Assembly: GCA_034003765.1 (NCBI GenBank)
Contig: JAVEXZ010000005.1
Coordinates: 32,981 to 96,980, forward strand
DNA: 64,000 bases
Reading direction: 5' to 3'
From: Anaerovoracaceae bacterium
Lineage (GTDB): Bacteria; Bacillota; Clostridia; Peptostreptococcales; Anaerovoracaceae
Shown: one piece after another, positions 59,316 through 64,000 of the stretch
How positions within the stretch are numbered: position 1 is the first letter of the stretch
Layout of the letters: every line of letters begins with the position of its first letter
The notes under the pieces: model-generated
Told to the model about the DNA's origin: nothing
Seen by the model: only the letters and a program-made list of their open reading frames with translations
Databases searched by the model: none
Position numbers and translations under genes: made by a program

Positions 59316-60803
59316 ATGATGCAAACTAGTAAAAAACAAAAGAATATAGAAATCGCAAAAAGCGTTATCCTTGTAGTATTGTTCTTGTCAACAATACTAC
59401 TTTTGTATGGTTTTTGGTGGAACGTGAAGCCCATGGAAATAGGCCTTGATGCCATTGGAAGTCAAAACACATCTTATGAAAGCCTCCGCCCACAAGAGGT
59501 TATTGCCCCTAGTATCTTGGAAATTTCTTACGGAGATGGAAGATATGGAGTAATAAACGGAGATACCCGAAAGTACTGGTGGAATAAACAAGGTCTATCT
59601 ATTACAGGTGGGATGAAGGATTTTTTCGCAGCAGGTAATATATTTGTTGAAGCCATCACAAAAGATCAGTACCGAGAAGTTCTAGCAAGTGAATCTCTTA
59701 AAGTGGTTTTTGATTATAATTTACCTCTGGGAGACACATTCAAACTCTATGGTATTTTTAGACCTTCAGGCCTTGCAAATATCTCAAATATCAACGAGAT
59801 AGCATATAGCTTTGGAAGTATGGAAAGCCTCTTCATTTATGATGGCAAGCAAGAAAGTTATTATAGGATAGTGGGAGAAGGTGACTTTCTAGAATCCAAA
59901 ACCTTTACCACCATATACCTAGATCTTACAGAGTCTGCATACATAGCATATCCACTTTACAAAATGATAGGGGACGAAACAACAAATGCCACCCTTGTGC
60001 CCCTACCAACAGAATTTTCTTATACCATCAGCACCTACAACAACGAGCGACTTCTAGGTCCTAGGGATTTTGAAAAAACCCTAGCCAAAACATTTTTCGG
60101 TGAAACTTTTGATTTTACAAGAGTTATAGAGGATGCTAAAGGTAATGTTACTTATATGTACGGTTATGGAGAAAGGGTATTTGTTGCAGACAGGGACGGT
60201 TCATTTCGCTATAAAAGGGAAGGTGGAAGCAAAACATCAACATCTGACATCAGTTCCTTAGAGATGGCTTTAGATTTTATTGCCCTTCATGGAGGAACCC
60301 AGAACTCTTTGGGAGACCAGGTGGAAATAAGGCTTTTCAAGGTTAAAAGAGAAGATGGAAGGCCTCCAAAAATCACCTTTTACTTTCAAATACAAAAAGA
60401 AACGGGTGTTTTATACGAGCAAGGGGCAGCCTTCATAGTAGAGTGCAGTGGAGATACAGTTACAGGATTCTCAAGAGACCTATTCATAGAAGATGACATC
60501 CAAAGCAGGACCCTATCTGCAGGTGAATATACAGCCGTAAACGTTCTCGCAAAGAACTATGAAGAAATGGCCCAGATTTTGGAGACCCAAGGATTCATTA
60601 AGAACAAAGGCGACAAGGCCTTTGAAAAAGTTACCGATGAAATCAAGGGAATCAGGCTTGTAAAAACAAGATTCGCCAAAACAGAAGAAGGCCTTGGCAA
60701 ACTAGAAACCTGTTGGAGCTTTTCTTTTCGGAAAAACGGGCAAATAATCGAATTCTACTATAGCATAAGAGACGCCCTTCCTATGGGCTATTCAGTGAGA
60801 TAA
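59316..60803 (+). CDS. yycH: YycH-like regulatory protein
   Basis: It has a single N-terminal TM (VILVVLFLSTILLLYGFWW), is 495 aa long, and lies immediately upstream of yycI-yycJ, as in Bacillus. Confidence 0.55.
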   Translation: MMQTSKKQKNIEIAKSVILVVLFLSTILLLYGFWWNVKPMEIGLDAIGSQNTSYESLRPQEVIAPSILEISYGDGRYGVINGDTRKYWWNKQGLSITGGMKDFFAAGNIFVEAITKDQYREVLASESLKVVFDYNLPLGDTFKLYGIFRPSGLANISNINEIAYSFGSMESLFIYDGKQESYYRIVGEGDFLESKTFTTIYLDLTESAYIAYPLYKMIGDETTNATLVPLPTEFSYTISTYNNERLLGPRDFEKTLAKTFFGETFDFTRVIEDAKGNVTYMYGYGERVFVADRDGSFRYKREGGSKTSTSDISSLEMALDFIALHGGTQNSLGDQVEIRLFKVKREDGRPPKITFYFQIQKETGVLYEQGAAFIVECSGDTVTGFSRDLFIEDDIQSRTLSAGEYTAVNVLAKNYEEMAQILETQGFIKNKGDKAFEKVTDEIKGIRLVKTRFAKTEEGLGKLETCWSFSFRKNGQIIEFYYSIRDALPMGYSVR

Positions 60804-60818
60804 GGGGGCGACTTGTAA

Positions 60819-61601
60819 ATGGATTGGTCAAAAGCCAAAACAATATTAATTCTTGCCCTCCTTGTAACCAATATTTTTTTAGTGGCTACATATGGAACCA
60901 TGGGAGTAAAAGACGATCCTGTAACCCTAGACCAAGGCACCCTTATAGAACTATTGGCAGCTCGGGGCGTATACCTAGAAACCCAAATACCCAAGCATCC
61001 AAAGTCTATGGAAGTAATAGCCGTAGAAGTGGTACGCAGTGTAGATGAGGAAGTGAGCGCACTCTTATCAAGCCAGGGGGCCCCAGAGCTTTTCAATGTT
61101 GGGGACAAGTTCCCGCCAGAAGAATTGCTGAACATTGAAGAACCTGATCTTGCGAGTGCCTACGTTAGTGCCTCAATAAACTTTATTACTGCTCTTGGGT
61201 TTATGGACGAAACTGTTAAATTTAGTGACTTATACTTAGGCCAAGGAGATCAAATATTAGTAGAATTCCAAAACATTTACGGTGGGGTAAATCTCCAAGA
61301 GAGCTCCATTGTCTGCAGCTTTAGCCAAGGAAGCCTAGTTGACATGGATGCCCTATGGTTAAAACCCATAGCCACTAATAGAAAGAAAGTTGCCCTTATG
61401 GAACCCGCCGTGGCACTTCTTGCTTTGGTGGGAGAAAAAGAGGCAGAAGAAAAATTAAGGGTGAAGTCAATAGAACTAGCTTACTGGTTGAACATAGAAG
61501 ATTCAAACTTAGAAGACACGGTAACAGACACTGTTTTCCCTGCCTGGTGCATCACCTACAATGAAGGTGAAAAAATCTACTTTACAGCTGCCCAAATATA
61601 A
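60819..61601 (+). CDS. yycI: YycI-like regulatory protein
   Basis: The N-terminus MDWSKAKTILILALLVTNIFL closely resembles the Bacillus YycI N-terminus. It is 260 aa long. Confidence 0.65.
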   Translation: MDWSKAKTILILALLVTNIFLVATYGTMGVKDDPVTLDQGTLIELLAARGVYLETQIPKHPKSMEVIAVEVVRSVDEEVSALLSSQGAPELFNVGDKFPPEELLNIEEPDLASAYVSASINFITALGFMDETVKFSDLYLGQGDQILVEFQNIYGGVNLQESSIVCSFSQGSLVDMDALWLKPIATNRKKVALMEPAVALLALVGEKEAEEKLRVKSIELAYWLNIEDSNLEDTVTDTVFPAWCITYNEGEKIYFTAAQI

Positions 61602-61697
61602 ATGAAATTAGTTGGTAGTGAATAGAGTAAAGTACAGAGCATCCAAATGAATTTTCAAAAAACCAAAGCAAAACTCGGGTGCATGCAATTAAAGTTA

Positions 61698-61897
61698 GTC
61701 AAAGGCTTCAAGACAGTCAAGACGTCAAAGCAGTCAAGACGTCAAAGCAGTCAAAACAGTCAAGACAGTCAAAGCAGTCAAGACAGTCAAGACGTCAAAG
61801 CAGTCAAGACGTCAAAGCAGTCAAAACAGTCAAGACAGTCAAAGCAGTCAAGACAGTCAAGACGTCAAAGCAGTCAAGACGTCAAAGCAGTCAAAGC
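61698..61897. repeat. GTCAA-core 8/9-bp micro-repeat array with a 70-bp higher-order period
   Basis: About 24 units of the form CAGTCAAGA / CGTCAAAG / CAGTCAAAA are present. The pattern recurs with a 70-bp offset (61741 vs 61811). Confidence 0.9.
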
Positions 61898-61945
61898 TAA
61901 ACCTGGGTAGACGAAATTAAACTTAGGCAAAGGAGTAAGGGATAA

Positions 61946-62737
61946 TTGGAATTTCATTTTTGTTCTTTCGCTAGTGGAAGTAGTGGTAATTGTTACTTCA
62001 TTAAATCGAAGGGAACGGTTCTACTGGTAGACGCAGGGATCAGTGCTAAACGTATACTTTTAGGGCTTGAAGAAAGGGGAACTTCAGCCTCGGATGTTTC
62101 TGCTGTCCTAATAACCCATGAACATATTGACCACGTAAAAGGTCTTCGTGTTTTGCTAAAAAGACTGGGGAAAACCCCGGCTTTTGCCAACAAAAAAACT
62201 TGGGCCCATATTGACTCTTCTCAATTTGAGGAATCTTGTCGCACATTTCAAACGGGGCAAGCATTTTTGATTGGAGACATTGAAGTTAAGCCTTTTGCCA
62301 CCATTCACGATGCAGCAGAACCTGTTGGTTATTCCTTTATCTCACAAGGAAAGAAGCTTTCCATAGTAACTGACACAGGGGTCTTAAAACCCGAACTATT
62401 AGATGAGATTTCTGACTCGGACACCATAGTCCTTGAAGCAAATCATGAAGAAGTTATGCTAAAACTTGGAAGCTATCCCTATTTCCTTAAGCAAAGGATC
62501 CTCAGTGAACATGGACACCTATCAAACCAGGCTGCTGCAGATGGTATTTGCCACATTATGGGGCATGGGAAAAAACAGCCTACAATTCTTTTCGCCCATT
62601 TAAGCAGAGAGAACAACAGGCCAGAAAGTGTATTTCAAACTGTGAGGCAAACCTTGGCTGACAAGGGTTATTCCTTCCAAGAAGATTCAATGGAAGTTCT
62701 TCTAAGCGAAACTATCAGCTTAGTTTACAAAGTTTAG
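61946..62737 (+). CDS. yycJ: MBL-fold hydrolase YycJ/WalJ
   Basis: FASGSSGNCYF, LVDAGIS and ITHEHIDHVKGL match the Bacillus YycJ pattern. The start is TTG, with AAGGAG upstream. Confidence 0.8.
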   Translation: MEFHFCSFASGSSGNCYFIKSKGTVLLVDAGISAKRILLGLEERGTSASDVSAVLITHEHIDHVKGLRVLLKRLGKTPAFANKKTWAHIDSSQFEESCRTFQTGQAFLIGDIEVKPFATIHDAAEPVGYSFISQGKKLSIVTDTGVLKPELLDEISDSDTIVLEANHEEVMLKLGSYPYFLKQRILSEHGHLSNQAAADGICHIMGHGKKQPTILFAHLSRENNRPESVFQTVRQTLADKGYSFQEDSMEVLLSETISLVYKV

Positions 62738-62901
62738 CCTAGGGGGTTATGAATATCAGGATATTAGGCATTGTTTAGCAGTGGAGGCTTTATGAATATT
62801 AGGATATTATGCATTGTTTAGCAGTGGAGGCTTTATGAATATCAGGATATTGGGCATTGTTTAGCAGTGGAGGCTTTATGAATATTAGGATATTATGCAT
62901 T
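62732..62901. repeat. 43-bp tandem repeat x4 duplicating the yycJ stop / RBS / first 8 codons of rlmH
   Basis: ATGAATAT starts at 62749, 62792, 62835 and 62878. Each copy carries GGAGG (GGGGG in copy 1) and an MNIRIL(G/C)I reading frame. Confidence 0.92.
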
Positions 62902-63321
62902 GGCAAAATGAAAGAGACCTATTGGAGAGAGGCTTCAAAGGAATACGAAAAAAGGCTTTCCAAATACTGTAGCCTTACAATAATAGAGTTAAAAGAAGAT
63001 TCTAGCCTAGAAAAAGAGGGAGAGGATATTTTAAAAAGACTTAAGGAAGATGACTTTGTAATTGCCTTAGACATGAAAGGCCAACAACTAACTTCGGAAG
63101 GTCTCGCCCGCCGTATCGAGAGTTTAGCCATAGAGGGGAAGAGCAAACTAGTCTTGGTTATAGGTGGGTCGGATGGACTTTCCCAAGAGGTATTGTGGCG
63201 GGCTAATCTCCAAATATCATTTTCCAAACTAACATTTCCTCATCAAATGATAAGGATCTTTCTCTTAGAACAGCTTTACAGGTCATTTAAAATCATCAAG
63301 GGAGAGACCTATCATAAGTAA
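62878..63321 (+). CDS. rlmH: 23S rRNA (pseudouridine1915-N3)-methyltransferase RlmH
   Basis: It begins MNIRILCIGKMKE, contains VIGGSDGL, and ends GETYHK. The start was set to the fourth repeat's ATG rather than the track TTG 62857. Confidence 0.9.
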   Translation: MNIRILCIGKMKETYWREASKEYEKRLSKYCSLTIIELKEDSSLEKEGEDILKRLKEDDFVIALDMKGQQLTSEGLARRIESLAIEGKSKLVLVIGGSDGLSQEVLWRANLQISFSKLTFPHQMIRIFLLEQLYRSFKIIKGETYHK

Positions 63322-63582
63322 AGCTCAAACTTTCCAGCAACCAAGCCCTGACAAGTACAGTTTTCAAGAAAAAGAAAAGAAAAATACTGCAAAATTAAAA
63401 ACTATAAAGAAGACAAAATAAGGCAAAATAGATGAAATTTCTACTGGATAAGGCAAATTTACCTTCGATTCTGTTGCCTCTCTTGTGCTTAAGTGATATA
63501 CTTTTTTCGTCGTGGTAGACTTTAATTAGGCTGGCAAAAACATTTATTATCAGCTACTTATTGGGAAAGGCAGGGGTTTAGA

Positions 63583-64000
63583 ATGATCCACAAAATAGTT
63601 ATTCGTATTCGGAACTTATCTATTCCGTTACTCAGTGGTGTAGTCTTGGCTTTGATATGGGCCAATGTTTCTCCAGAAAACTATCACCATATAGTCCATA
63701 CTCCGATTTTTGGAGAATACATTAGTTTTCATTGGCTGGTAAATGATATCTTCATGGTATTCTTTTTTGCAATTGCAGGAGTTGAAATCGTTAATAGTCT
63801 TTCTCCTGGTGGTGCACTTAATCCCATTAAAAAAGCTGTGACACCTTTAATGGCTACGGCGGGTGGGGTTATTGGACCTATAGGACTATTTTTTGCGTTG
63901 AACATGGTAATGGGAGAACCAGCATTCCTTAATGGTTGGGGAATTTGTACTGCAACAGATATAGCTTTGGCCTGGCTGATTGCCCGAATAGTATTTGGGA
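63583..64000 (+). CDS. nhaA: Na+/H+ antiporter NhaA, 3'-truncated by window edge
   Basis: It is not in the ORF track because no stop occurs before the window end. My translation includes LVNDIFMVFFFAIAGVEI and GWGICTATDIALAW, matching the NhaA hallmarks (WxNDxLM..FF...G.EI and GW.IP.ATDIAF). Confidence 0.8.
   Translation, partial: MIHKIVIRIRNLSIPLLSGVVLALIWANVSPENYHHIVHTPIFGEYISFHWLVNDIFMVFFFAIAGVEIVNSLSPGGALNPIKKAVTPLMATAGGVIGPIGLFFALNMVMGEPAFLNGWGICTATDIALAWLIARIVFG

Noticed and set aside
61647-61910. Two plus-strand ORFs of 87 aa and 73 aa rich in S/Q/K (SKQSRQ...).
   Set aside because: They are produced by reading the GTCAA micro-repeat array. There is no convincing SD, and two frames are open simultaneously, which is typical of repeats rather than genes.

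Overview
This is the chromosomal replication-origin region of a low-GC Bacillota (Clostridia/Tissierellia-like) genome. Genes left of about 23.7 kb are almost all on the minus strand and genes to the right on the plus strand. They meet at rpmH/dnaA, with DnaA-box clusters on both sides of dnaA. Core content on the left: trpS, a SigB/F/G-type sigma factor with a degenerate anti-sigma partner, gyrA, gyrB, recF, mnmG, mnmE, jag, yidC, yidD, rnpA, rpmH. Core content on the right: dnaA, dnaN, rsmG, soj, spo0J bracketed by two perfect parS sites; a histidine-utilisation cluster (hutH, hutU, hutI, cyclodeaminase, glutamate formimidoyltransferase); a four-subunit 2-oxoacid:ferredoxin oxidoreductase; alr and cell-wall genes; tRNA-Arg(CCU); a racemase/LigB-AMMECR1/radical-SAM operon; cvpA; rnhA; yycH-yycI-yycJ; rlmH; and a truncated nhaA. 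The only clearly accessory stretch is about 9.4-17.2 kb. It holds an unassignable 621-aa coiled-coil protein, an SLH serine protease, and a cassette of a small HTH protein, a SauUSI-like PLD-nuclease/SF2-helicase/DUF3427 enzyme and an overlapping NudG-like Nudix hydrolase. That cassette is my best candidate for an undescribed system. A second unusual property is the density of intergenic tandem repeats, several of which duplicate gene junctions (stop codon, RBS, first codons). There are also RtT-like repeats of the tRNA-Arg 3' end. No CRISPR array, rRNA, transposase or integrase was seen. All family calls come from motif recognition by eye; no database search was possible.
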